A stretch of 64,000 bases of DNA, from the NCBI GenBank assembly GCA_902794005.1, contig CADBFO010000007.1:9001-73000 (forward strand), in the 5' to 3' direction. The position numbers were made by a program, and so were the translations under genes. The notes under the pieces are model-generated. The model ran no database searches. It saw only the letters and a program-made list of their open reading frames with translations, and was not told the origin of the DNA. Positions 48,272-57,672 of this stretch are shown here, piece after piece (the stretch's first letter is position 1; each line of letters starts with the position of its first letter). The stretch comes from an uncultured Bacteroidia bacterium. Its GTDB lineage: Bacteria; Bacteroidota; Bacteroidia; Bacteroidales; UBA932.

Positions 48272-49435
48272 TTACTCCGTGAGGAAGATAATCGATATTA
48301 TGCCATCGGCCATAGCAAAGTCAAAGGATACGGTAGCTGAGCTGCCTGTCCATGTATTGTGATTCCAACCATCGCCCATGATATCAGCCATTCCATATTC
48401 TGCGTTAATCACAATCTTCTTAAATACCTTGCCAGTTGGGGCGGTAAAGGTGAGATTTCCAGATGATACGCTAATTTCGCCATTATCTAGATTCAGGGAG
48501 CCATCGCCTTGGAGCGTCACACCTTCATGTGTGTAACCAGTGCTCAAATTTACAGGGCCCGACATTTCCGAGAATTTCCAAACGACGCCATCGGGCTTAA
48601 CCCTGGTGAAGTTATAGATCTTGCCGGCTGCGACATTCTTTTGGCTGCTGACGAGGGTGATGGGAAGGTCATCAACGGTTACATTGCCTTCTTGTAAATC
48701 ATTTCCCATAGGATAGCACCCAGCAAATGTTGCATTGCCAGAGTTATCTGTTCTTATAGTCCTGGTACCATGCATCCAATTAGAAGCTCTTTCTACAACC
48801 ACATTGACATCTGTATTTGCCTCCAAGCCGGTGACGGTGAAGTTGAGAATGGCATGCTGAGGCGCCAGGGCAAAGCCACTGGAATATTCAGTCGATTCCT
48901 CATAGCTGAGCTGCTCTACACCCGTAGCCTTCGAGGTGGCAAGAGTATAGGTGTCGTTAGTTGTAACATAATCGTCATATGGATAATCAGTACCTCTGTC
49001 AGAAATTGTTATAAAGCCATATTCTTCGTAGCCATTAGGCAGCAGGGTGGCGAAGATACGTGAAGCAAACTGAGTGTTTTGTGCTGTAGTAACCAGGAAA
49101 AGCTCTTCGGCAGTGCCGGTCCATTCATTCTGGATATAAATGGTGCCGCTGAATTTTCCGGAAACAGCATCATAATCCAGCGCGCCGGCAAAAGAACCTG
49201 CTCCGGTAGCCGAACCACTCACAAACAGCTTGTCGCCAGCGCTGAACTCCAGTTTTCTGGTGGATTCGTTATACGTGGCTTTGGTGTTGTCACCCTCACG
49301 GGTTACGTTCACAGTGACAGGAAGAGCGAAGCCTTTCTTTTCGGCGTTCTCATCGTTAGCAATCTCGCTTTTGTTGCAAGCGGTGGCGAGGAGCATGGCA
49401 AATGCCAGCGTCTTGAGGATATTCTTTGTGTTCAT
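48272..49435 (-). CDS. Fimbrillin-like (type V pilin-like) lipoprotein
   Basis: Lipobox ATAC, TKAT...F.AGD.L.V N-terminal pattern and G.IYN strand. AT-richer than its flanks. Confidence 0.7.
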   Translation of the reverse strand: MNTKNILKTLAFAMLLATACNKSEIANDENAEKKGFALPVTVNVTREGDNTKATYNESTRKLEFSAGDKLFVSGSATGAGSFAGALDYDAVSGKFSGTIYIQNEWTGTAEELFLVTTAQNTQFASRIFATLLPNGYEEYGFITISDRGTDYPYDDYVTTNDTYTLATSKATGVEQLSYEESTEYSSGFALAPQHAILNFTVTGLEANTDVNVVVERASNWMHGTRTIRTDNSGNATFAGCYPMGNDLQEGNVTVDDLPITLVSSQKNVAAGKIYNFTRVKPDGVVWKFSEMSGPVNLSTGYTHEGVTLQGDGSLNLDNGEISVSSGNLTFTAPTGKVFKKIVINAEYGMADIMGDGWNHNTWTGSSATVSFDFAMADGIISIIFLTE

Positions 49436-49449
49436 AGTGTTTCTCCTTT

Positions 49450-49575
49450 TTAAATAGTCTCCTCACTAAAAATTCCATCCATTGTTGCAGTAACGTCTCC
49501 GCTGGTGCAGATGACGCCCTCCTGTTTCATCTCCACAGCTATAACCGTGGGGGCTTCGTACTTTTCCTTTTTCAT
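49450..49575 (-). CDS. 41-aa peptide of the MKK.Y..P...IC.S type
   Basis: MKKEKYEAPTVIAVEMKQEGVICTSGDVTATMDGIFSEETI, ending 14 bp before the lipoprotein ATG. Confidence 0.7.
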   Translation of the reverse strand: MKKEKYEAPTVIAVEMKQEGVICTSGDVTATMDGIFSEETI

Positions 49576-49719
49576 TTTCGTTATCATTTTATAGTTTAAT
49601 ATTCGTCGCCTTCGACACAAAGGGTCCGGCAAATGTAGTGCAACAAAAATGCTCCGGCAAGGGGCCGGAGCACGATTTTTACGCAGCGTCAAAAATCCGG
49701 GACAATTTTTTACGCAGAG

Positions 49720-50906
49720 TCAATTCTGCGGGTCCGCCTCCCGGGTCCACTTGCGGGGAGGGAGGCCGGTGACGGCGGTGAAGGTGCGGGAAAAGACCGA
49801 AGGGGAAGAGAAGCCGCAGCGGGCCAAGAGAAGCCGCAGCGGGCCGACAAGTCTGCCATCCGGATTTCCGGATGCTCGGTTTTGAGGCGCTTGGCCTCCC
49901 GGATGCGATGGTGGTTCACAAACTGGTAGAAGGTGATCCCATATTCCGTGTGGATGAAATGGGAGAGGTAGGTGCGGTTCATCGGCAGCACGGCCTGCAG
50001 GTCCAGAAGCTTGAAATCCGGATTCAGATGGGGCTTCTCGCGCTCCATCCATTCTTCCAGCACACGGCGATAGTGGGCGGCATCGTGCTCCGGATGGGAC
50101 GGCGCCTCTACCCGGTGCCGGCTGTTTTTATCGGCCCGGTGGTGCAGCATCGTCCACGGATCCCGGCGGAAGAGGATCTGTTCGGTGCTGTACGCAAACA
50201 TGAAGATGGTGAGCCAGAGCTGGGTGAACCCGCGCGCGTGGCCGTGCGCAATGCACATGTAGAAATAGACAAGGCCCACCAGGACCAACATGGCCAGGTA
50301 ACGCACAATCCACTCTACCTCGATGTCCTCGAGGGAGGAGTAGTTCTCTTCGCACCAGAGGTGGTATTTCTTCACGTGGGTAAGCAGAAGGCCGATGAGA
50401 ACAAGCGGATACAGGATGACGAGGGGCTGCAGGTTGGCCGGGACGAAATAGTCCAGAAGGGCCAGCACCAGCATCGGCAGAATCTGGATCAGTGCGCGCC
50501 GGGGGGTCATCCAGCCGGGACGGAGCGCCTCGGTGGGGTACAGCAGCAGCGTCCAGCCCAGCAGGTTTCCCAGCAGCAGTTCCAGGGTGGTGAGCCGATA
50601 GGCGGCCATATTCATCGCAGGAGCGATGGACGTCAGCCACAGGAGAAGATAGACGCCGTCGGCCAAACCCCACAGAAGCAGCGTCCAGCCCCACATCCTC
50701 CGTACGCGAAGCCCACCCGAACGACGGAACATCATCCATGCTCCGAACAGGGACAGGGAGGAGGAAACGGCAACGAGCACCGGGGAAACCACACGGTCAA
50801 AATGATCGTCCGGAATGTAACGGGACAAGTAGAAACTCGCAACCACGCCCAGGGAAAGGACAAGGAAAAAGCGCAGCTCCGACGCATATTTGGCCCAATG
50901 ATTCAT
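49720..50906 (-). pseudogene. Membrane-anchored AraC-family regulator frameshifted in its second HTH
   Basis: Multi-TM N-terminus and NRTYLS..I...YG.TFY.FVN..RI..AK. The expected CGFSSPSVFSRTF tail lies in another frame. Confidence 0.85.
49806..49845. repeat. Perfect 20-bp tandem duplication
   Basis: AAGAGAAGCCGCAGCGGGCC twice. Confidence 0.95.
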
Positions 50907-51019
50907 TGATAAAACGGATGCTAAAATAACACATTTTGGGCAAAAAAGCAAAAAAGGCCGCAGCAGGAATTTATATTCAGCCTAAAATGAAGATAAAAAA
51001 AACCACAGGCGACTGTGGT

Positions 51020-52312
51020 TTATTCATCTTCCTGGACCCCGGGGCCCAGCGGAGGAAGCGTGTTCTTTCCTGAGGGGGCTTCCAACCCGTGGTCAATGGC
51101 CTTGAGAGCCGCCTTGACAATGCTTTGTTTCCCGTCCACCAGGCGTTTGCTGTTCTGCCGGAACCCGTCCACGACGTCTTCCAGATTCTTTTCCAGGGCG
51201 GCGTTGTACCGGCAGAAAATGCCCACTCTCTCCACCATGTCCTGCGCGGCGCTCACAATCTCCGAGATGTTTTCCATCTGTTCTTTCTGCACCCAGGCCG
51301 TGCGGATGAGCCGGAGGAAAGGAATGAGGGTTTCTTCCGTGGTGATGAGCACGTTCTTCCGGAACGCCTTGGCAAAGAGTTCCTTGTCTTCCATCTTGGC
51401 CAGCTGGTAGGCGGCGTAGTTGGGAATGAACATAATCACATAGTCCAGTGTCTTGCGTCCCTCGACGTACTTCTGGTATTCCTTGCCGGTCAGCTCCCGG
51501 ATGTGGTTTTCCACCGACTCCAGGTTCCGGGCCGACGCGGCGGCCCGCTCCTGGTCCGTATCGGCCGCAAAATAGTCGGCCAGGGCGGTGAGGGACACCT
51601 TGGAGTCGATGAGGATGTCGGTGTTGTCGGGGAAATGAAGGGCGAAGTCCGGGCGCATCTTCCGGCCGGTCTCCTCGTTTTCGATGCGGTTCCCTTTCCG
51701 GTCGCGGAGCCAGAACTCGGCATCGTAGTCATGGCCTTCACGGAGGCCTTCGGCCTTGAGGATGTTCTCCAGGATGGTCTCTCCGAAGATGCCCTGCACC
51801 TTGCTCTGCCCCTTGAGGGCTTTGGCCAGGTCTTCGGCCGTGGTGCCGATGGATTCGGTCTGTTCCTTGAGGTTCCTGACGGTCTCGGCAAACTGTGTCC
51901 TGATGGAAGTGCTCTCCTTGAGGTGGGATTCTTTCTGGGCGTCAAAAGCCTCCTTCATGGTGCGGATGTCCTTCCCCAGGTCGCCGGTGATCAGCTTCAT
52001 GGTCTCGGCGGCTTCCTTCTTGAGGGCTTCCTCCCGCTGCTTGATGAGCTTCTCGTTCTCCAGGGCAAGGGCCGTCTTGGCCGCTTCGATGGCTTTTTCC
52101 TGCCCCTCTTTCATTCTCTGGAGGCTCTGCTCGTAAACGGCCTTTTCCTGCTCCCGGAGCTTTTGTTCCTGCTCGCGGAGTTGCTCGGCCATGCGGGCGT
52201 CGGCATCGCGCCTCACCAGTTTGTTGTGCGTGAGGAGCCAGGCCACAAAGCTGACGACCAGCAGGATTCCGGTCACGATGGCTGCGATGGTAGTCGTGTC
52301 CAGGGTGCTCAT
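51020..52312 (-). CDS. rmuC: DNA recombination protein RmuC
   Basis: N-terminal TM and coiled coil, QG.FGE..LE.IL, RPD, IDSK and DYVIMFIP. Confidence 0.93.
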   Translation of the reverse strand: MSTLDTTTIAAIVTGILLVVSFVAWLLTHNKLVRRDADARMAEQLREQEQKLREQEKAVYEQSLQRMKEGQEKAIEAAKTALALENEKLIKQREEALKKEAAETMKLITGDLGKDIRTMKEAFDAQKESHLKESTSIRTQFAETVRNLKEQTESIGTTAEDLAKALKGQSKVQGIFGETILENILKAEGLREGHDYDAEFWLRDRKGNRIENEETGRKMRPDFALHFPDNTDILIDSKVSLTALADYFAADTDQERAAASARNLESVENHIRELTGKEYQKYVEGRKTLDYVIMFIPNYAAYQLAKMEDKELFAKAFRKNVLITTEETLIPFLRLIRTAWVQKEQMENISEIVSAAQDMVERVGIFCRYNAALEKNLEDVVDGFRQNSKRLVDGKQSIVKAALKAIDHGLEAPSGKNTLPPLGPGVQEDE

Positions 52313-52314
52313 GA

Positions 52315-54945
52315 TCAGATGATTTCAATTTCCGCGCTGGGGATCCAGCCCTGGCGTCCGTCGGCCAGCTGGATGTTGGAGAAGCCGGAGACGTTGTCCA
52401 GGATTTTCACCCGTGTGCCTTCGTGGAGGATGAAAAGGTCTTTGGCGCTTTCGGCCGAAGGGGAACTCTTCACGGAAGAGACGGGGCGCATCACGATGGC
52501 CATGTCCTGCCGCCGGGCTTCCTTGCGCTGCCACTGGGCGAAATCCCAGCCCAGGAAAGCCAGCAGGAAGGTGACGATGGCGGCGAAAAAGCCTGTACGG
52601 CGCCTTGCCGACGTGCTTCCCAGGAGGAACAGCAGCACCAGCGCCACGGTGATTCCGAAAAAGACAAGCGACAGCACCGCCCAGGTGTTGGAAGGCAGGA
52701 GGTAGCACACGGAGCGCCCCCACTGCTCGAAGAAGATCTCCGGAACCTCGTCAATTTTGTCCTGGGTCTGGGCCCGGGCGAATTCCAGGTTGTAGCGGAC
52801 ATCGGCGTCGGAGGGGTCCAGGCGCAGCGCCCGCTCGTACCAGAGGATGGCAGGGGCAATCTCGCCGGTCTTGAAGCAGGCGTTGCCGAGGTTGTAATAC
52901 AGTTCGCGGGACATCATGCCCGTAGCCTGCACGTCCTTCCAGTCCCGGAGGGCCCGGGCGTAGTCTCCTTCGGTGTAGGCGGCCACGCCGGCGTTCCAGA
53001 GGGAATCCGGATAGGTCTGTTGCGCCTGGGCGGCAAACGGAAGGCCGACAAGGAGCAGAATGGCCAGCGCAGCGGCTTTGACGGGTGTTTTCTTCATGGA
53101 TGAATCAATGGCGGTGATGAGTTTGATGGCCTGCTCGTAATGGGCGTTCATGGCCTGGTGGCCGGCATCGGGGGAGTAGCGGGCCTCTTCGCAGGCGCCG
53201 AGCAGGTCCACGAACTCCGTCACGGTGCCTTCCGGAACGCTGCCGGCGAGAAGGGCGGCACGGATGTTCTCCTTGTTCTGGTCGGCCATGTCCATGGAGA
53301 GCTTGTCGCCGATAAAGCCGATCAGCGAGCGGTGAAGCTCCTCGTAAAAGGCGGTGTAAAGGTTCTTTTGCAGGAATTCCCGGGCCGTGGAGAGGCGTCT
53401 GAGGGCCATCCGGGTGGCCTTGCGGTTGCGGTTCCCGGCCACATCGGCCCTGCGGGCGGCGGCTTTGCGCATTCCCAGCCAGCAGCCAGCGCCGGCCAGC
53501 AGAAGGAGGGCCAGCGTGATCCACCAGGCGGGGGAATAGACCACGAAACCTTTGTCCGTGCCCAGGGAAGTCTTGGTGCGGATGAAACGGATGTCCTCAC
53601 CGAGGTTCTTCACGCCCTTGCGGTCCACCACCAGCGTGGAACCGCCGTCTGTCGCGGCGCCGCCTCCGGTCTGGGCCGAGCGCGCCACCTTCAGGCTGAG
53701 GGCGGAAGTGGAGACGCTCTCGTACTTCCGCTGTTTCACGTCATAATATCCGTACTGCAGCGGGCCGATGGTGAATTCCCCCGGACTGCGGGGAATGAAG
53801 GGATACTCGAAGGTCTTGGAACCGGACGTGCCGCTCTTGTCGGTATTCACGGTGGTCTTGACGTCGTAGGATTCGAAATCGGGCGGGAAAGTAATCTTGG
53901 GGGCTTCCAGCAGTGCGATGTTGCCCTTTCCGCTCACGGTTACAAGGAGCGATGCGGCATCGTGCGTCTTGAGGGAATCCTTGCTCAGGCGGGCCTGGAC
54001 GTTGAATTCTCCCACGCCTCCGCCGAAGGAGGCCGGCGCTCCGGCCGGGAGGGCCGAAACCTGCAGGGTGGCGCTCCGGGTGGAGACGCGCTGCCGGGTG
54101 GTCACATAGTCGTTGGCGAAGAAATCGTCGAAAATGGAGCCGGACGAGGCGCGGGGGCGCTGCACGTTCACCAGACAAACGATTTCTGCCGGTTCGATGG
54201 CCTGCTCCCCGGATTTCTGGGGAATGATGACCCAGCGGCGCAGGACGGCGGCCTGGTACATGGTGCCGTCCACCTGCTCACGCTGGAACTCGATATTGGA
54301 AGGGGTCTCCACTTCCTGGCTCCAGAATCCCTTGAAAGTGGGGAACTTGGCGTTCTCGAAGCCTACCAGGTTGGTACGGTGGTAAATCTTGAGGGTGGCC
54401 GTCACCGGTTCTCCCACCACCACGGAACTGCGGCTCAGCGACAGGCGCATGAAAATATCGGCATGGCCGGGGGTGGACTGGGAAGCGCCCTGGACCTGAC
54501 TCTGCTGCTGGCCGCCTCCCTGGCTGTTTCCCTGCTGCTGGCCGGATGCCGCCGCCTGCGAACCGCCGTCCACCACCTGGATGGTAACGGCCTTGGAGCG
54601 TACCTCGGTGCCTTTTACCTTGGCCACGGCGGACGGGATGGTGAACGTGCCCGTTTTGCGGGCCTGGAGAATGTAGGTGTAGGATGTCTGAGAGGAACGC
54701 GTGGTTTTTCCGTTGATCATCTGGATGCTGGTGGAAGAGCCTTTCTGCGGCCCCCACACCACGGAAAAATCATCGCCGGCTTCCCACTGGAAATCCGACG
54801 GACCGTGTTCACCTTCCACTACGAACACCACGTTGAACCGCTCCTGCAGTTCTACGATATTGTGTACTTCTACCCGCATGCTGGGCTGCGCCCACAGGGA
54901 GAGGGCGGCAAGGCAGGCGGTCACGATTGCTGCGAGTCGTTTCAT
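52315..54945 (-). CDS. batD: BatD-BatE fusion protein
   Basis: BatD Ig-like repeats (SS..MING, VGEP, GGVGEF, GKGN) followed by TPR (YYNLGNA.FK) and SH3b (LHEGTRV...DGRQGWI). Confidence 0.88.
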   Translation of the reverse strand: MKRLAAIVTACLAALSLWAQPSMRVEVHNIVELQERFNVVFVVEGEHGPSDFQWEAGDDFSVVWGPQKGSSTSIQMINGKTTRSSQTSYTYILQARKTGTFTIPSAVAKVKGTEVRSKAVTIQVVDGGSQAAASGQQQGNSQGGGQQQSQVQGASQSTPGHADIFMRLSLSRSSVVVGEPVTATLKIYHRTNLVGFENAKFPTFKGFWSQEVETPSNIEFQREQVDGTMYQAAVLRRWVIIPQKSGEQAIEPAEIVCLVNVQRPRASSGSIFDDFFANDYVTTRQRVSTRSATLQVSALPAGAPASFGGGVGEFNVQARLSKDSLKTHDAASLLVTVSGKGNIALLEAPKITFPPDFESYDVKTTVNTDKSGTSGSKTFEYPFIPRSPGEFTIGPLQYGYYDVKQRKYESVSTSALSLKVARSAQTGGGAATDGGSTLVVDRKGVKNLGEDIRFIRTKTSLGTDKGFVVYSPAWWITLALLLLAGAGCWLGMRKAAARRADVAGNRNRKATRMALRRLSTAREFLQKNLYTAFYEELHRSLIGFIGDKLSMDMADQNKENIRAALLAGSVPEGTVTEFVDLLGACEEARYSPDAGHQAMNAHYEQAIKLITAIDSSMKKTPVKAAALAILLLVGLPFAAQAQQTYPDSLWNAGVAAYTEGDYARALRDWKDVQATGMMSRELYYNLGNACFKTGEIAPAILWYERALRLDPSDADVRYNLEFARAQTQDKIDEVPEIFFEQWGRSVCYLLPSNTWAVLSLVFFGITVALVLLFLLGSTSARRRTGFFAAIVTFLLAFLGWDFAQWQRKEARRQDMAIVMRPVSSVKSSPSAESAKDLFILHEGTRVKILDNVSGFSNIQLADGRQGWIPSAEIEII

Positions 54946-54948
54946 ACG

Positions 54949-55686
54949 CTACCAATTCTTTTCCTTCTGACGGGATTTGAGGGCCTGGGCCTTCTTCTCG
55001 TCCACTTTTTCCTGAGTCTGTTTCTCTTTGTCCTGAATGGCCTGGAGCAGTTGCTGGGCCTGCTGGGGACTCAGCTGCGGCTGCTGCTGTTGCTGCTGGT
55101 CCTGGTTTTGATTCCGGTCCTGATTCTGATCCTGGTTCTGGTCTTTATTCTGGTCTTTATTCTGATCTTTATTCTGATCTTGGTTCTGATCTTGGTCCTG
55201 GTTTTGCTGCTGGTTCTGGTTTTGGTTCTGGTCCTGGTTCTGGTCCTGGTCCTGATTCTGCTGCTGTTCCATCAGCTTGTTCCTGGCGTAGATGTAGTTC
55301 TCCTTGGCCTCCAGATCTTCCGGACGCCGCCGCAGGCTTTCCTTGAACATGTTCACGGCCGTCTGCCAGTCCTGCTGGGCAATGGCCACATCCCCGCGGT
55401 TGAAGTAATAATCGGCCGCGAACTTCTCTTCGGAGGCGGTCATCTGCACGGCGTCCAGCTGTTTGGCCGCTTCCTCCATATTCTGCTGGCGGTACAGGTT
55501 GTTGGCCAGGTTGTAGCGGGCCGCCACGGAGGCGGTGTCCAGCATCAGGCCCTTGCGGTAGCTGATATCGGCCTCCGCATATTTTTCTTTCTTGAACTGG
55601 CGGTTTCCCTTCCTCAGGTCCGCCATCTGGCCCCAGGCGGCAGTCACGCAACCCAGCGCCAGGATGATGCACAGCACTTTCCTCAT
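54949..55686 (-). CDS. batC: BatC TPR protein
   Basis: TPR N-terminus, Q/D/N-rich linker and C-terminal EKNW. Confidence 0.9.
   Translation of the reverse strand: MRKVLCIILALGCVTAAWGQMADLRKGNRQFKKEKYAEADISYRKGLMLDTASVAARYNLANNLYRQQNMEEAAKQLDAVQMTASEEKFAADYYFNRGDVAIAQQDWQTAVNMFKESLRRRPEDLEAKENYIYARNKLMEQQQNQDQDQNQDQNQNQNQQQNQDQDQNQDQNKDQNKDQNKDQNQDQNQDRNQNQDQQQQQQPQLSPQQAQQLLQAIQDKEKQTQEKVDEKKAQALKSRQKEKNW
55075..55270. repeat. Low-complexity QDQN/KDQN coding repeats in batC
   Basis: 6/12-bp periodic TGGTCCTGGTTC-type units. Confidence 0.85.
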
Positions 55687-56687
55687 ACCTCAAACAGTTT
55701 GCGGCGGGGCTTGCGCTCGCCGATGAGCATTTCAATCACAAGCAGCAGCAGGGCAATCCCGAAGAAGTACATGTACTGCTCGTCGTATTCCTCGAAGACG
55801 ACGCTGCCGAACTGCTCGTCTTCCATCCGGCGGATGTCCTGGATAATGGGGTTGAGGCCGAACTCCTCGCCGCCGGCGTGGATGTAGGCCCCGTTTCCGG
55901 CCTTGGCGACGGCCCGGAGGGTTTCTTCGTCCAGTTTGGTCACGACGATTTCACCATTCTTGTCCCGGAGCAGGCTCCCGTTCATGGGGATGGGCTGCCC
56001 TTCGGCCGATCCCACGCCAATCGTATAGACTTTGATGCCCAGTTCGGCAGCCTGCCGGGCGGCCTCGACGGGGTCGTCCTCGTGGTTCTCACCGTCGGAG
56101 ATGACCACAATCACGCGGCTTTTCTCACTTTGGGCGCTGAAACTCTTGATACTTAAACGGATCGCGTCCCCGATGGCCGTTCCCTGGACGGGAATGGATC
56201 CGGTGTCGATGCTTCCGAGGAACATCTTGGCGCTTACATAGTCCGTGGTCACCGGCAGCTGCACGAAGGACGTTCCGGCAAAAATCACCAGGCCTATCCG
56301 GTCTTCCTGCAGGCGGTCGGTGAGCCGGGCGATGGAAAGTTTGGCACGTTCCAGGCGGTTGGGGGAGTAGTCTTCGGCCAGCATGGAGTTGGAAACATCC
56401 AGTGCGACGATGATTTCTGCGCCGCGGGTGGTCCTTTCGGCCAGGCGGGCGCCGGTCCTGGGACGGGCCAGTCCGACGACGAAAAACAAGAACGCCAGGC
56501 AGAAGATCACCATCCGCACCCAGCCTTTGGAACGGGAACGGGAAGGCATGAGGGCTTCTACCAGGGCAGGGTCTCCGAAGGCCTTCACCCGACGTCCGCG
56601 CAGGTATCTGAGCACCGCGTATCCCACGAGGAAAACGGGGATGAGGAGCAGTAGATACAGGTATTTGGGGTCTGCGAACAGTAGCAT
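55683..56687 (-). CDS. batB: BatB vWA-domain protein
   Basis: MIDAS DVSNSM, RLERAK, GTAIG and SDGENHE. Confidence 0.92.
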   Translation of the reverse strand: MLLFADPKYLYLLLLIPVFLVGYAVLRYLRGRRVKAFGDPALVEALMPSRSRSKGWVRMVIFCLAFLFFVVGLARPRTGARLAERTTRGAEIIVALDVSNSMLAEDYSPNRLERAKLSIARLTDRLQEDRIGLVIFAGTSFVQLPVTTDYVSAKMFLGSIDTGSIPVQGTAIGDAIRLSIKSFSAQSEKSRVIVVISDGENHEDDPVEAARQAAELGIKVYTIGVGSAEGQPIPMNGSLLRDKNGEIVVTKLDEETLRAVAKAGNGAYIHAGGEEFGLNPIIQDIRRMEDEQFGSVVFEEYDEQYMYFFGIALLLLVIEMLIGERKPRRKLFEV

Positions 56688-57670
56688 CACGGAAGCCTCC
56701 TTAACAGGGCGCTGACAAGCAGTTCCAGCAGCAGGCACAGCAGGGCTGCCAACGCATAATTCTTAAACAAATCTTTGTACACCGGGAACGAATCCACCGA
56801 CGTGCGGGTCTTTTCCATCTGGCCGATTTCACCGTAAATCTCGGCCAGTTTGGTGTTGTCGGTAGCGCGGAAATAGCGGCCGCCGGTCCCGTCGGCGATG
56901 CCCTTCAAAAGGGGCTCGTCAATCTCTACGGGGATGTTCTGGAGCTCGATGCCCCAGGGCGTCTGGACCGGATAGGGGGCCGTTCCGTTGGCACCTACGC
57001 CGATGGTATAGACCCTGATACCGTAGGTTTTGGCAATATCGGCCGCCATGGAAGGGTCGATTTCGCCCATGTTGTTCACGCCGTCGGTCAGGAGGATGAC
57101 CACCCGGCTCTTGGCGTCGGAGTCCTTCATGCGGGCCACGGCCGTGGCCAGGCCGTTGCCGATGGCGGTACCGTCCTCGATGAGGTCTGTCTGCACGTCC
57201 TTCATCAGGTTGATGAGGGTGGCGCGGTCGGTGGTGAGGGGGCACTGGGTGTAGCTCTCGCCGGCGAAAACCACGATTCCCATGCGGTCGCTGGGCCGCT
57301 GGGCGATGAACTCGATGGCAATGTCCTTGGCGGCGCTGAGGCGGTCCGGCGAGAAATCGCGGGCCAGCATGGAGGTACTTACATCCATGGCAAAGACAAT
57401 GTCGATGCCTTCGGTGTCAACTTTTTCCACCTGTGTGGAAGAGCGCGGGCGGGCGATGGCGACGACAAGGAGCCCCAGGGCGGCCGTCCTCAGGATGAAC
57501 GGCAGATGCCGTACCCATTCCAGGACCGACCTTCCCCCGGCTTTCCAGGCCTCCAGGGCCGATACCCGCAGGTGGACCCTTCGGTCCCTGAGCTCAAGCC
57601 AGAGGTAGCGGAGGACGAGGAGTGCCGGGATGGCCAGCAGCCAGAGAAGATGCGGATATTCGAAAAACAT
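56687..57670 (-). CDS. batA: BatA vWA-domain protein
   Basis: DVSTSMLARD, GTAIGNG, LLTDGVNN and TGGRYFRAT. Confidence 0.94.
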   Translation of the reverse strand: MFFEYPHLLWLLAIPALLVLRYLWLELRDRRVHLRVSALEAWKAGGRSVLEWVRHLPFILRTAALGLLVVAIARPRSSTQVEKVDTEGIDIVFAMDVSTSMLARDFSPDRLSAAKDIAIEFIAQRPSDRMGIVVFAGESYTQCPLTTDRATLINLMKDVQTDLIEDGTAIGNGLATAVARMKDSDAKSRVVILLTDGVNNMGEIDPSMAADIAKTYGIRVYTIGVGANGTAPYPVQTPWGIELQNIPVEIDEPLLKGIADGTGGRYFRATDNTKLAEIYGEIGQMEKTRTSVDSFPVYKDLFKNYALAALLCLLLELLVSALLRRLP

Positions 57671-57672
57671 GG

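Noticed and set aside
48272-49435. Fimbrillin-like gene as a diversity-generating retroelement target
   Set aside because: No reverse transcriptase or template/variable repeat pair is visible.
55075-55270. QDQN repeats as a contingency locus
   Set aside because: This is the normal in-frame BatC linker.
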